This document shows, piece after piece, positions 46,304 through 56,398 of a stretch of 64,000 nt of DNA. The stretch's first letter is position 1, and the number at the start of each line of letters is the position of its first letter. Source of the DNA: an archaeon (GTDB lineage: Archaea; Aenigmatarchaeota; Aenigmatarchaeia; Aenigmatarchaeales; JACQIB01); contig DATDSO010000004.1 of the NCBI GenBank assembly GCA_035291225.1, forward strand, positions 490,765 through 554,764, given 5' to 3'. The position numbers and the translations under genes were made by a program. A model generated the notes under the pieces. That model ran no database searches and was not told the DNA's origin. It saw only the letters and a list, made by a program, of their open reading frames with translations.

Positions 46304-47065
46304 ATGCCACAAAATCAATCGGTCAATATTGCAATGCCGGCTGGAATGGTCGAAGCTTTACTGGAAAGAATAGATGCTCTAGGGCAGCCAAAGAAAGTTG
46401 AAGACTTCAGAGATGTAGAAGTTTTGGATAAAATCGGAAATGTAGAAAAACATATTATTAATCCTTTAATAGGAAGAGACAGGCCGGGGTTAGATTATGG
46501 CGACTGGATAAATGCATTAAGGCCAGCTGCTTATTTTGATCCTAGGAGTGGCGCTAGACTTCCTGGTTGGAAAGGAACTGAATCTTTTGAGGAATGGGGA
46601 ACACGTTTGGGTGCTTCAAGTCTTGTAGCAATCCCTGTTTTGGGAGCGGCTGCGGTAGTTTACGGTTTCGAGACTGGAGGCAAACCTTCGAAGGCAGAAC
46701 AGGTGATAAGTAAATTGAAATACGAGCTTGATGAAAATGGAAAACCTGTTGCTGACAAGCTTTCTCCAGAATATATTTCAGGAAAAGTAAAATCAAATGC
46801 AACATTCATGGCGATTTATGGAAATGAAGAGGAAAGAGAAAACAGTCTTTCAATTCTTGCCGAACTTAAAGCATATGAAGGTGATTTGAAAGCTGTTCTT
46901 GAAGGTGGTGGAGCAAGCGCTGCTTACAGTGTTGGGCAGGAAGATGAAGAAGGCGGTTCAGCTACTTACGGAACAACTTCAGGAGAACTCCCGTTGACTT
47001 ACGGGAATGTTGATTTAATGCCTGCGATGAAACATATTTTGGAATGGCAGGCAAACTTAGAATAA
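46304..47065 (+). CDS. Hypothetical membrane protein, first gene of the unknown operon
   Basis: One hydrophobic helix; TATA at 46179 followed by a structured leader. Confidence 0.7.
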   Translation: MPQNQSVNIAMPAGMVEALLERIDALGQPKKVEDFRDVEVLDKIGNVEKHIINPLIGRDRPGLDYGDWINALRPAAYFDPRSGARLPGWKGTESFEEWGTRLGASSLVAIPVLGAAAVVYGFETGGKPSKAEQVISKLKYELDENGKPVADKLSPEYISGKVKSNATFMAIYGNEEERENSLSILAELKAYEGDLKAVLEGGGASAAYSVGQEDEEGGSATYGTTSGELPLTYGNVDLMPAMKHILEWQANLE

Positions 47066-47093
47066 TAAATTTTTAAAAAAGGAGGTAATAAAA

Positions 47094-48764
47094 ATGCAAA
47101 ATCAAAACCAAGGTCAAAGAAATCAGGTGGATCCTGTTTTATGGAGAGATGCCCTAGCTCAGGTGAACGCGAGAGAGATCTATTTTTCTAGGAGACATGG
47201 ACAGGGTGCGGAAACTTATGTTACACAACACTCTCAGGAAATAAAAGCAGAGATAGAGAGGGCGGCAAAAAAAGATTTTGAAGATTATCAACGAATGCAT
47301 CCGGGTGCCAAACCGGGAGAAAAGGCAAACCGCCTTAGAGCAATGGTTGGGGACGCTGTTGAAACAGTTGTTCCAAAATATTTGAGAACCGGCTTGGGTG
47401 TTTCAGATCCGTGGATGGAAAGATTTGCAAAAAGTTATTTCAATGAGCTTGAATGGATTGATGTTGGAATCGAAGAAAATGGGCAAGCTGAATTTACGAC
47501 CGGAACTTTGCTCAAACCTGGTGCAAAACCTGTTGGTGAATTGTATGATGAAGAATATTCAGCATACATTACCCAGGCTGTTGCCGGAGTCTATCAAAAT
47601 TTGTTCCAGCAAAGACAAGCAGTTCAAGCACAGGCTGCGGCAGCCGCGCCTCGCAGAGGCCGCGGACGCAGAGAACGTTCTGCTGCTGATACATACAGAG
47701 CTGAATTAAGAGAAGATCTTGGAGTTGGAACTCAGAATGGAAGAGCTTCCTACAAATCAGATGAGCAGGTTTTCAGATATCTTTTGAAGCTGATAAACAG
47801 CGATGTGGATGGAGTTGAGGTAACTCGCGCAGATGGTGTTGCTCACGAAACAGCAGATTTCCTTAACACAGTTGCAAAAGCAAAAATCGAGCCTATAACA
47901 GGAAGAAAAGGAAAGCATTATCTGCTTAAACTTTATGACGACGAGAGAAAATTGGTTGGAGTCGGCTATAAAGTTGGAAACGAAGTTAAATTCAGAAAGT
48001 ACAGCACACCAGTTGAACGGGATGAGGAATTTTTACACATAAGATACGACGGTTCAAGCGGAGTGAAAGTTAAAACAAAGCAGCTTGAAGCCCGCGGAGC
48101 AAGGAGAGATAAAGACTTTGTGGTTTTGGAAGAGGGTGGAATATTCAAAGCTCCTTTGATAATTCCTTTGACAGACAAAGGATACAGGATGGCAGAAAAA
48201 GTTTACGATAGAAACAAAAGAAATAAGAAAGCCTTTAAATGGGGATACGGAGTTGGCAGCGGTACTGGCCTTGGTTTACTTGGAGCAACAGTAGCAGCAG
48301 GCGTAACAGGTGGAACACTGGCATTTCTGATTCCGCTTTATGCGGCAGTTGGTTCAGCAGCCGGTGCTGTGGCTCGTGGAGAAAGTCTGATAAACGACCG
48401 CGAAAACAGAACATTAATTCGTGTAGCGCAATCTCTCGGTACCACCTTCAATCCTCGACAGCAAAGTGAAGAGGACGGAGGCAACGAAGCTCCTGCACCT
48501 CAAGCACCTATAGTTCAACCGCCAACGCAAGAGCCTCCAACACCACCGGCGCCTCCAGCACGCAGACCAAGAACTTTGATAGATAGAAATGGCGAAACTG
48601 AAAACCAGCCTGGAGAAACAGACCCGAGAGAAGCAGCTATGGAAGCCTTAAGAAGTGTAGATGGCCTAGTTAACGAAACAGCACCAAAAGCTCTGGTAAG
48701 AAGAATTAGAAGAGAAGTTCGTAGACCAATTGCTGAAGATGTGGAAGCTGCGGCAGCTCAATAA
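47094..48764 (+). CDS. Hypothetical protein with glycine-zipper TM hairpin and Pro-rich tail
   Basis: GGAGGT SD; GYGVGSGTGLGLLGATVAAGVTGG...AAVGSAAGAVA. Confidence 0.75.
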   Translation: MQNQNQGQRNQVDPVLWRDALAQVNAREIYFSRRHGQGAETYVTQHSQEIKAEIERAAKKDFEDYQRMHPGAKPGEKANRLRAMVGDAVETVVPKYLRTGLGVSDPWMERFAKSYFNELEWIDVGIEENGQAEFTTGTLLKPGAKPVGELYDEEYSAYITQAVAGVYQNLFQQRQAVQAQAAAAAPRRGRGRRERSAADTYRAELREDLGVGTQNGRASYKSDEQVFRYLLKLINSDVDGVEVTRADGVAHETADFLNTVAKAKIEPITGRKGKHYLLKLYDDERKLVGVGYKVGNEVKFRKYSTPVERDEEFLHIRYDGSSGVKVKTKQLEARGARRDKDFVVLEEGGIFKAPLIIPLTDKGYRMAEKVYDRNKRNKKAFKWGYGVGSGTGLGLLGATVAAGVTGGTLAFLIPLYAAVGSAAGAVARGESLINDRENRTLIRVAQSLGTTFNPRQQSEEDGGNEAPAPQAPIVQPPTQEPPTPPAPPARRPRTLIDRNGETENQPGETDPREAAMEALRSVDGLVNETAPKALVRRIRREVRRPIAEDVEAAAAQ

Positions 48765-48815
48765 TAAATTTTTATTTTTTAAATTTTTTTACCTAAAAAA
48801 TAATTGGTGTTTTTC

Positions 48816-50852
48816 ATGGCCGAACAAAAATTAGTTTCACAAAAAGCAGCAGGCGTTATGTCCAGGCTTAGAGGCAATTCTTTTTACAATCTTCAAGATC
48901 CAACGGCGGATAGAAGATTTCTTTCTGAAGCGACTGCATATGTTGAAGATGGGCTCGGCAGAAATATTCCGTCAGGGCAAATCGCAGACGGGCTTGTCGG
49001 ATTAAGAAATGCGCATTATGGTTCTCAAAGGGCCACAGCAGTTTATGTTGTGAATGCTAGACAAGCGAAACCTTTGGCGGATTCTATAAAAAATGTAAAA
49101 GGCGAGAAGCCAACTGAAGTTTACAACTTTCATTTCAAGGAGCTTCCGGATGGAAAATTCAGAGTGAGCGTTGAAGCTTCTCTTGATGGCGCGATTCAAA
49201 TTAAAAATAGATTTCAATCTCAGTTAATCGACGCAGGTTTTGCCGATCTTGGAAAAAAGAAAGCGGAATTTTCTAAGGTTCAGCAAGGATTGGCTGAGCA
49301 CCAGGAAAAACTTTCTAAAAGGGAAAAAGCCCTTGCTCAGAAAGAAAAAGAAGTTAAAGATGCTGAAGCGCTTGTTGTTGAAAAGGGAAAATTTATTGAA
49401 GATGAAAAAACCGCCAAAGACGAGATACAATTTCCTTCTTACATAAGAAAGAGGCTGGATGCGGAGGCAAAAGATAAAAAATTCAAAACAAAACTAGACT
49501 ACTTAATGAGCGAAGATGGAAAGAAAAGAGTTGAGCAGATAGGCGAGGCTCTAAAAGCACTTGACGAATACGAGCCAATAATTCGCAAAAATTTAAATGG
49601 AGAATATAGCAGAAGTGGTGCTTATGATGAAATTTTGTCAGATGCTCCAAAAGCTGCTGAAAGACTAAATCAGTTCGGCCCGCTTGCTAAGAAAATGAGC
49701 AGAATGACAAAAGGCCAGAAAGGGGTTTTGAGGCAGAGATTGAAAGTTGATACTGAAGAAATTTTTAATGCTGATCCCAGCAAAGCTCTGGATGAAGCGA
49801 AAAAAATCAGAGGGGCAAAACTAACAAGCCTGAAAAGTTTTGGCGGGTGGAATGTCGAAGCGGTTGATTATTTGCTCAGCATGTTAGGAGACCAGAAGAA
49901 TAACGCTAATGCTGATGAATATAAAATTTATTTAGAAGCTTCTCTTAAACGCGGAGTTTTCGGAAGATATAATTTTAGAGAAGATGTTCCTGTTGGAATT
50001 GCGGAATGGTTTAGAAGTGAATATCAAGAAGCTAAAGATTATTTGAAAGCTGGCGGGACTGAGCCTGTTGTACAGACTGTTGCCAAAACACCTGCTCCAG
50101 CTGTTCAACCGCAGAAAATGAGAAAAGCTTTGAAAGGAACTTGGGCGAAGACTCATCCTGCAGAGAAACCGGTTTACAGAGTTGATGTTGATTTGGGCCC
50201 TTTGAAAGCTTACATAAAGCGCAAAAATACATTCCCAGATGATGTGAAAGTTGTTACTGAAAAAGATGGTTCAAATTATGTTACTGGAGATAAACAGAAA
50301 GTTGATGCTTTTGTAAAAGAATTGAACAAACCTCAGCAACCCAATCAAGAAGCGGAAACTAAAAAAGGAAAGAGAACATTTACAATGAAACAAGAAGATG
50401 CTGAAAAAATAAAAAGGCGCGACAAAACTTTTGGCCAATATGTTGTCGGCATTAAAGATGGAAGAGTCAGACTTGCTGTTCCAGAAGGAGAATATGAACA
50501 ATTCGTAGGAAGATATAATCTGCGTTCGGTAAAACCTGCGGCAACTAAAAAGAGAGAACCTGCAGCTGTAAAAAAAGAGGTGCGAAAACCAATTATAGCG
50601 TATGTTCCAAAAATTAAAGTTCTTGAAGCGGCAAAAAGAGATGATGGAATATTTTCTCATTTCAAAGGACCTATTGATAAAAAAGGAAGAATTCCGTTAG
50701 AGATAGAAGCTGGCGGATTGGAAGCTTTTGAAAAAAGATATGGCATCCAATTTGGAACAGCTCAAAGAAAAGTCAAAGAAGTTTCTGATGCAGATGCCCA
50801 AAAACTTTTAGAGCGAGCAGGAAAAGCTGCATTAGCAGATAAAGGAAAGTGA
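48816..50852 (+). CDS. Hypothetical coiled-coil protein with three C-terminal ~50-aa repeats
   Basis: Coiled coil; repeats ending AFVKEL, QFVGRYNL and AFEKRYGI. Confidence 0.75.
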   Translation: MAEQKLVSQKAAGVMSRLRGNSFYNLQDPTADRRFLSEATAYVEDGLGRNIPSGQIADGLVGLRNAHYGSQRATAVYVVNARQAKPLADSIKNVKGEKPTEVYNFHFKELPDGKFRVSVEASLDGAIQIKNRFQSQLIDAGFADLGKKKAEFSKVQQGLAEHQEKLSKREKALAQKEKEVKDAEALVVEKGKFIEDEKTAKDEIQFPSYIRKRLDAEAKDKKFKTKLDYLMSEDGKKRVEQIGEALKALDEYEPIIRKNLNGEYSRSGAYDEILSDAPKAAERLNQFGPLAKKMSRMTKGQKGVLRQRLKVDTEEIFNADPSKALDEAKKIRGAKLTSLKSFGGWNVEAVDYLLSMLGDQKNNANADEYKIYLEASLKRGVFGRYNFREDVPVGIAEWFRSEYQEAKDYLKAGGTEPVVQTVAKTPAPAVQPQKMRKALKGTWAKTHPAEKPVYRVDVDLGPLKAYIKRKNTFPDDVKVVTEKDGSNYVTGDKQKVDAFVKELNKPQQPNQEAETKKGKRTFTMKQEDAEKIKRRDKTFGQYVVGIKDGRVRLAVPEGEYEQFVGRYNLRSVKPAATKKREPAAVKKEVRKPIIAYVPKIKVLEAAKRDDGIFSHFKGPIDKKGRIPLEIEAGGLEAFEKRYGIQFGTAQRKVKEVSDADAQKLLERAGKAALADKGK

Positions 50853-50859
50853 TTATTCT

Positions 50860-51768
50860 ATGAAACGAGCAGAACTCGCTCGTCAGATGCTTGATGTTTT
50901 TCTTAAAGAACAGCCGCATTTGAAATGTTTGTTTGATTACGTACCTAGGGGAGATATTGAAACTTACGTAGCTGAAGAATTAAAAAAGAAAGTCCCGGTT
51001 GAAAATATTTATTCTGGATTGAAAGAAAAATTGGATAAAGCGCGAGCAGAGCAAAGCGTTGAGCTTCCTCCTTACCAGGCGAGTTTAGACGAGATCAGAA
51101 TGCAATTGGAAAGTGAAGGTATAAATGACATTTTTCTTAGGCAAGATGATGAAGGCAAAGTTATTGCACGCGTTTCGAGAAGTTACGCAAAAGCAGGAAA
51201 GTTGGCTTTGGAAAATATGGAGCTTCAAAGAAAAGTTGACCTCCTTGCTTCTGAAACTGAAGATCGGAAACTTCGGTTAGTGGAAGCTAAAGATGAAACA
51301 AAAAAAATGAAAGAGTACTCTGAAAGATTTCTCACAAGTGTTTATGCTAATTTCTTTAGAAGAGGAAAAAATTTTGTTGTAGATGGTTTGCGCAGACTTT
51401 ACAAAGTTAAAGAGAGAGAAGCAGAAGCGGGCGAAGCAGCTAAAAAAGCGACAGCGGAGAAAGAAAGATTGGAAGCGGAAGGAAGCAGATTAGAAGCAGA
51501 AAAAAAGCAGTTAAATGCTTTAAGCCAACAACTTGGTGAAAGAGAGTCTGCGGTCTCTGCTGCTGAAAAAAAACTGCCGAAAGAAGGAAAAATAATTTTT
51601 AGAATGGAACAGAATGTTGCAAGAGGCATTGCCCAGCGCGACAAAACTTTTGGCCAATATGTTGCCAGCACCAAAGATGGGCTCGCTGAAATTAGAGTCA
51701 ATCCCAGCGAATTAAGTTCATTTATGGAAAAATACAGACTGCAGTTGGCAGAGCAGGCGGCCGCTTAA
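50860..51768 (+). CDS. Hypothetical coiled-coil paralog with one ~50-aa repeat
   Basis: Shares RDKTFGQYV...KDG with the upstream gene. Confidence 0.75.
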   Translation: MKRAELARQMLDVFLKEQPHLKCLFDYVPRGDIETYVAEELKKKVPVENIYSGLKEKLDKARAEQSVELPPYQASLDEIRMQLESEGINDIFLRQDDEGKVIARVSRSYAKAGKLALENMELQRKVDLLASETEDRKLRLVEAKDETKKMKEYSERFLTSVYANFFRRGKNFVVDGLRRLYKVKEREAEAGEAAKKATAEKERLEAEGSRLEAEKKQLNALSQQLGERESAVSAAEKKLPKEGKIIFRMEQNVARGIAQRDKTFGQYVASTKDGLAEIRVNPSELSSFMEKYRLQLAEQAAA

Positions 51769-51845
51769 GAAATAAAATTCTTTTGAATTTTAACAGAATT
51801 TCGTGGTACAATAAGGTTTAAATCCTTTTCGTTCCTATTAATTCT

Positions 51846-52700
51846 ATGCCACCACGAGGTAGTTTAGGGTTTTCAAATGAGACCGCAAGGAATATTTTTC
51901 AGTCAGCGGCGCGCGGAGATTCGAAAAGGAATTATTCTTACGGTATTGGAAGAATCCCAGAAGCAGTTGGAACAAAGTTTGTTTTTTATTATTTGAGAAA
52001 TCATGGAGAAAATCCAAATGAAATCGTGGATTTTCTCCGCAATCGTGCGCTTCACGGGCAGGGAGAAAGAATTGTTTATCCAACTGAACTTAGAGAACAT
52101 CTGGAAGCCGCGCTGAAATTTTATAAAATTCCTGTTGGAGTTGAAGATGAGCATGCGGGCATTTCCATTATTTCTGTTCCAAAAGGCTCTGTTCACATTG
52201 CGCGTGAAATCGGCGGGTATCTGATGATTGACAGTTTGAAAAAAAGAGGGCAGGATATTCCGAAGAATGTAGAAACAGAAATCGCGGCAGAACTGCTTTT
52301 TGTCCTGCAGGAAAGGAAGGAAGCCGATGATATTTCTAAAGTTTTAAAAGAAGCTTTAGGCTTACAAAAAAAACAAGGAGGAGATGATATGGTAACAAGA
52401 CAAGAGGCTGAGGCAATCGCATCAGCTTTCAAGGAAAGGGCTAGACGAGTGTATCGTGGACAAGAGGAAGTGAAAAAAGGAAGAGAAGGTTTGGATGCAT
52501 ACGAGAAGCAAATGGCAGTTGATTTGGGTCAGGCGCTTGGCGCTGTTCCCGGAGTTCCGCCAGTTGCTGATGGAGAAACAGTAAGAACTTATGCAGCCAG
52601 AGCTATTCCGGCCGCGGTACAAGAGCTCGATGCAGTTGCAAAAGCACTAAAAGATGCAGCAGAATTCGATCCGAGCCAAGAACCACCTAAAGAAAAATAA
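51846..52700 (+). CDS. Hypothetical protein; C-terminal domain paralogous to the next gene
   Basis: 284-aa ORF; internal SD plus in-frame ATG at 52389. Confidence 0.7.
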   Translation: MPPRGSLGFSNETARNIFQSAARGDSKRNYSYGIGRIPEAVGTKFVFYYLRNHGENPNEIVDFLRNRALHGQGERIVYPTELREHLEAALKFYKIPVGVEDEHAGISIISVPKGSVHIAREIGGYLMIDSLKKRGQDIPKNVETEIAAELLFVLQERKEADDISKVLKEALGLQKKQGGDDMVTRQEAEAIASAFKERARRVYRGQEEVKKGREGLDAYEKQMAVDLGQALGAVPGVPPVADGETVRTYAARAIPAAVQELDAVAKALKDAAEFDPSQEPPKEK

Positions 52701-52718
52701 TAATAAAATTGATTTAAA

Positions 52719-53549
52719 ATGGCAGCAGAGGGAAGCTCGCTCTTAGAAAGAGCTAGGGAAGCTGCGCGCAGCTTTGTAGAAGGGCGGCGCGCGCTTTATC
52801 AAACTGAACAAGATTTGGCTAGACGCGAGGCTGATTTAGAACGACGCGCAAGAGTTTTGTCAGAAGGAACTGCTGCCATTGTTAATGAATTAGAAGGATT
52901 AGGAATTTCTCCGGGAGGAGAAACATTTCCAAATTATCTGAAAAGGGGTTTTGAAGAGATTAGAGCAAGATTAGAATCTCTTCCGTACAGCGGACCTGCA
53001 GAAAAAAGATATCCAGAACCGCCACCCTTTTCACCACCTACTACATCTCCGGCGCCCGGATTCGAAGTTGATTCGTCACCTGCAGCAGTGGATGAAGTCG
53101 CGCATGGCGCTGCAGGCAGCGCGAAAAAAGAAGAAATGCCCGAAGGTTTTGTTATGGGTGGGGTCGATACTGGAATGGTTTATGGGCCAACAGGAATTGA
53201 CGAAACTGCAGTTTATGAAGATTTGATAAGCAGAATGCATTCAGCTCTAACTGGCGTTGAAGGTGCTCCTCCTAAAAAAGATGGAGAGCCGAAAGAGAAA
53301 TATTTTGCAAGGCTTTCGCAATTTTTGATTTCACACGCTCCAGAAATCGAAAAAACCTTCAGTGACGAGATATCTCTTCTTGAAATATCTCGCGAAGATT
53401 TAAAAAGTATTTCTAAAGAACATCCTGAGGTATCCAACTTCAAAAGCGTAAAAAAATTAGATAAAAGTCGGTCTGTACAACTTTTTGTGCCATCAGCATT
53501 AGAAAGGCTTTACAAAAATAGATTTGGATTTGGAGACGACTCCAGTTAG
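52719..53549 (+). CDS. Hypothetical mosaic paralog
   Basis: N-terminus resembles the C-terminus of 51846; C-terminus resembles the ~50-aa repeat. Confidence 0.7.
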   Translation: MAAEGSSLLERAREAARSFVEGRRALYQTEQDLARREADLERRARVLSEGTAAIVNELEGLGISPGGETFPNYLKRGFEEIRARLESLPYSGPAEKRYPEPPPFSPPTTSPAPGFEVDSSPAAVDEVAHGAAGSAKKEEMPEGFVMGGVDTGMVYGPTGIDETAVYEDLISRMHSALTGVEGAPPKKDGEPKEKYFARLSQFLISHAPEIEKTFSDEISLLEISREDLKSISKEHPEVSNFKSVKKLDKSRSVQLFVPSALERLYKNRFGFGDDSS

Positions 53550-53591
53550 CATCGTTCTAAAGCTTTTAAATAATATCCGCAGGATATTTTC

Positions 53592-54203
53592 ATGGCAGAT
53601 GTTGTAAATATCTCAAGCTTGATTTTTCAGATTCTGAAAATTTCCCCGCAGCTGATAAGCAAGTATCCGAATTTTCAGGACCAGCTTTTGAATTTGGTTT
53701 TCATTCCACATATAATTCTTATACTTTTTCTGATGGCTTTTTCCGGAATGCTGATTTCAAGAATTTTGAAAACCCCTCACATGGGAATGAAAATTTTAAT
53801 TGGCATCGCCGCCTACTTATACATAGTGTGGGCGGGTTGGTATGGAACATGGTTGCTGCCTTTGGTCAATGCCTATTTCCAAATTGCGCTGATAGCCGCA
53901 ATAATATTTTTCGGAATAAGCATTTTCTGGCATCCAGCTTCGCATGAAGCAACTTTGAAACTTTTGCAGGCAGGAGCAGAGGAGGTCGGCAAGAGAACAA
54001 TTGGAAAATCAAAGGACAGGGAAAGGCTGGAAAAAGAATTGAGGTCTGTAAGAGAATCAATAAAGACTGCTGAAACTAAGCTAGAAAATTTAGAGGCTCA
54101 GGGAATGGGCGGCTCTTATCAGGCTGCTGCACTGCAGCAGAGAATTGAAGAGTATGAAGAAATGGCGCGAAAATTGAAAAGAGCAATAGAGGAGAATGAA
54201 TGA
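53592..54203 (+). CDS. Membrane protein (3 TM) with C-terminal coiled coil
   Basis: Hydrophobic helices followed by ERLEKELRSVRE... Confidence 0.75.
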   Translation: MADVVNISSLIFQILKISPQLISKYPNFQDQLLNLVFIPHIILILFLMAFSGMLISRILKTPHMGMKILIGIAAYLYIVWAGWYGTWLLPLVNAYFQIALIAAIIFFGISIFWHPASHEATLKLLQAGAEEVGKRTIGKSKDRERLEKELRSVRESIKTAETKLENLEAQGMGGSYQAAALQQRIEEYEEMARKLKRAIEENE

Positions 54204-54684
54204 AATGGCCGCATTCGCATTTGATTTTTCAAACCAGCAGTTCCTGATTACTTTTCTTTTTACGCTCGCGGTGATTTTCGGGGTTCTTGAATTGGGCGGG
54301 CCGTTCAAAAAAAATCGCGCAGTAAATGCTGTGATTGCATTTGCGATTGCTGTTTTTGGCGCAAGCTATGGGCCGTTCCAGACCGCTTTGTGGGGCGTGC
54401 TTCCAAACATAACTTGGTTTTTTATTGTAATGTTTTTCATCGCTTTCACCCTTGAACTTTTTGGCGCAAGAAAAGCCGGAGGCGGCGGACTGGAAGGGAT
54501 GATTACAACAGCTGGGGTGTTGATAGTTTTGATGGCTTTGGGCTGGACAATTTTACGGCAGTTTCCGGTTCAGCTTCCTTTTATCGGCGGCGGAGAGAAC
54601 TTGCTTTTCCTGATAGGATTCCTTTTCGTTATTTCGCTTTTTTGGGCAGCAATGAAAATGGGCGGCGGGAAGGGCGGAGAATGA
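54196..54684 (+). CDS. Multi-TM membrane protein, paralog 1
   Basis: FLFTLAVIFGVL...NRAVNAVIAFAIA. Confidence 0.75.
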   Translation: MNEMAAFAFDFSNQQFLITFLFTLAVIFGVLELGGPFKKNRAVNAVIAFAIAVFGASYGPFQTALWGVLPNITWFFIVMFFIAFTLELFGARKAGGGGLEGMITTAGVLIVLMALGWTILRQFPVQLPFIGGGENLLFLIGFLFVISLFWAAMKMGGGKGGE

Positions 54685-54723
54685 AAGAATTTAAACACAG
54701 AGAATAATTAATTTGTGATAAAA

Positions 54724-55239
54724 ATGGCAGGCATTGTTGAATTTGTTGAAACTTTAAGGAGCGCGGGCTTTGGGCTGGTTTTCCTTTGGCTGCTTACGCT
54801 TTCAATTGTTTACGGGATACTTTCGCATATCGGAGGAGGACTGCCGCGCTCAGTCAGTGCGCGAGGAATAATTTCAATTTCAATTTCATTTTTGGTTTTG
54901 CTTGCAGCAAGCGGGCCCGCAACTGCTGCTTTTCTTTCCAATTTAACAAGCTCGCTTGTTATAATCGCTTTTGGAATTTTGATCACAATGATTTTCCTTG
55001 AGATGGCTGGGGTAAAAGTTGGAGAGAAAGGGTTGCATATTTTCCACCAGCATGGAACCATATTCGGAATTGCGCTGATTGTACTTATTGTTTTAATTTT
55101 CATCGGCGCGGGCGGATTGAAGTTGGTTGGGCTCCCGACAATAAACATAACCGGAGAAATCGCCGCGCTGGCGCTTTTCATAATAGTTATGGTAGCTGCG
55201 ATTTATCTTTTATATACTGAAACAACAAAAAATAAGTGA
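54724..55239 (+). CDS. Multi-TM membrane protein, paralog 2
   Basis: LWLLTLSIVYGIL...PRSVSARGIISI...FLEMAGVK. Confidence 0.78.
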   Translation: MAGIVEFVETLRSAGFGLVFLWLLTLSIVYGILSHIGGGLPRSVSARGIISISISFLVLLAASGPATAAFLSNLTSSLVIIAFGILITMIFLEMAGVKVGEKGLHIFHQHGTIFGIALIVLIVLIFIGAGGLKLVGLPTINITGEIAALALFIIVMVAAIYLLYTETTKNK

Positions 55240-55244
55240 ATATT

Positions 55245-55817
55245 ATGGCATTAGAAACTTTAACTCAACTTGAGAGATTGGGATTTCCGGATTTGCTTTT
55301 GTGGTTGTTGACTTTTGCGATTGTTTATGGAGTCTTGAGCCAAATCAAGATGCCAAAATCTGCGGCCTCGCGCGCAATTATCGGAATTGTTTCTGGGCTT
55401 TTTGTTTTGATGTTCGCGCCCGCAACTCTGATTTCTATTATTTCGAAAATGTCTACAAATTTGATTTTGCTGGTTTTAGGGTTGCTTGTTGTGATTATTT
55501 TCTTGGAAGCGAGCGGGGTTAAAGTTGCTCATGGGGAAATCGTTGCGTCACAGGGCGGTAAACCTGTCTACGTGAAAAATAAGAAAGTTAGCAGAGGCGC
55601 AGAATCTGTTTTCAGAAAACACTCAGTTGAATTTGGGATTTTAATTCTGATTTTGGTGGCTTTGGTATTTATTGGATCTGGCGGATTAAGTATCCTAGGA
55701 ATACAAAATATAAATTTCAGTGAAGGCAATATATTACCTATAGGAGTAATTGTTCTGGTTCTGTTAGCAGTATTATTCTTATACTCTGAAAAATCTGGAG
55801 ACGAGGGTGAGGAGTGA
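55245..55817 (+). CDS. Multi-TM membrane protein, paralog 3
   Basis: LWLLTFAIVYGVL...PKSAASRAIIGI...FLEASGVK. Confidence 0.78.
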   Translation: MALETLTQLERLGFPDLLLWLLTFAIVYGVLSQIKMPKSAASRAIIGIVSGLFVLMFAPATLISIISKMSTNLILLVLGLLVVIIFLEASGVKVAHGEIVASQGGKPVYVKNKKVSRGAESVFRKHSVEFGILILILVALVFIGSGGLSILGIQNINFSEGNILPIGVIVLVLLAVLFLYSEKSGDEGEE

Positions 55818-55821
55818 TTTT

Positions 55822-56361
55822 ATGGCTATAGATTTATCAACTTTGCAAAGTTTAGGTCTGCCGGAAATAACTTTATGGCTACTCAGCTTTGCGATTCTTT
55901 ACGGATTAATGAGTCAGGTAAAGATTCCGGAATCTCAGGCAGCGCGCGCAATAATTTCGATTGTGATTGCATTTTTTGTAATTCTTTCCGCGCCCCTTGC
56001 TTTAACAAATGTCCTTTCCAAAATGACATCGAGTCTAGTCATCGTGTTGATAGGAATAATTGTACTGCTTATTTTTGTAGAAGTGGCGGGAATAAAATCA
56101 TATAAAACAGTTCCCGTTATTGATGAAAAGGGAAAAGAAACAGGAAAACTGGAGCATGTAAAAGTCCCCATTTTTGAAGCGTATGGATATCTTTTTGTTG
56201 CGGCATTTCTTGCAATAGCTGCTCTTATTTTTGTAAATTCTGGCGGCCTCCAACTTTTAGGTTGGAATTTTAACTTAAGCCCAGTAGCTAGCACAACAAC
56301 AATATTTTTAATTATTATAATCATCGCAATTGTATGGATGGTAGGCGAGCGCAAGAAATAA
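55822..56361 (+). CDS. Multi-TM membrane protein, paralog 4
   Basis: LWLLSFAILYGLM...PESQAARAIISI...FVEVAGIK. Confidence 0.78.
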   Translation: MAIDLSTLQSLGLPEITLWLLSFAILYGLMSQVKIPESQAARAIISIVIAFFVILSAPLALTNVLSKMTSSLVIVLIGIIVLLIFVEVAGIKSYKTVPVIDEKGKETGKLEHVKVPIFEAYGYLFVAAFLAIAALIFVNSGGLQLLGWNFNLSPVASTTTIFLIIIIIAIVWMVGERKK

Positions 56362-56398
56362 AAGCTTCTTTTATAAACCGCCGTGCAAATAACTTTCC

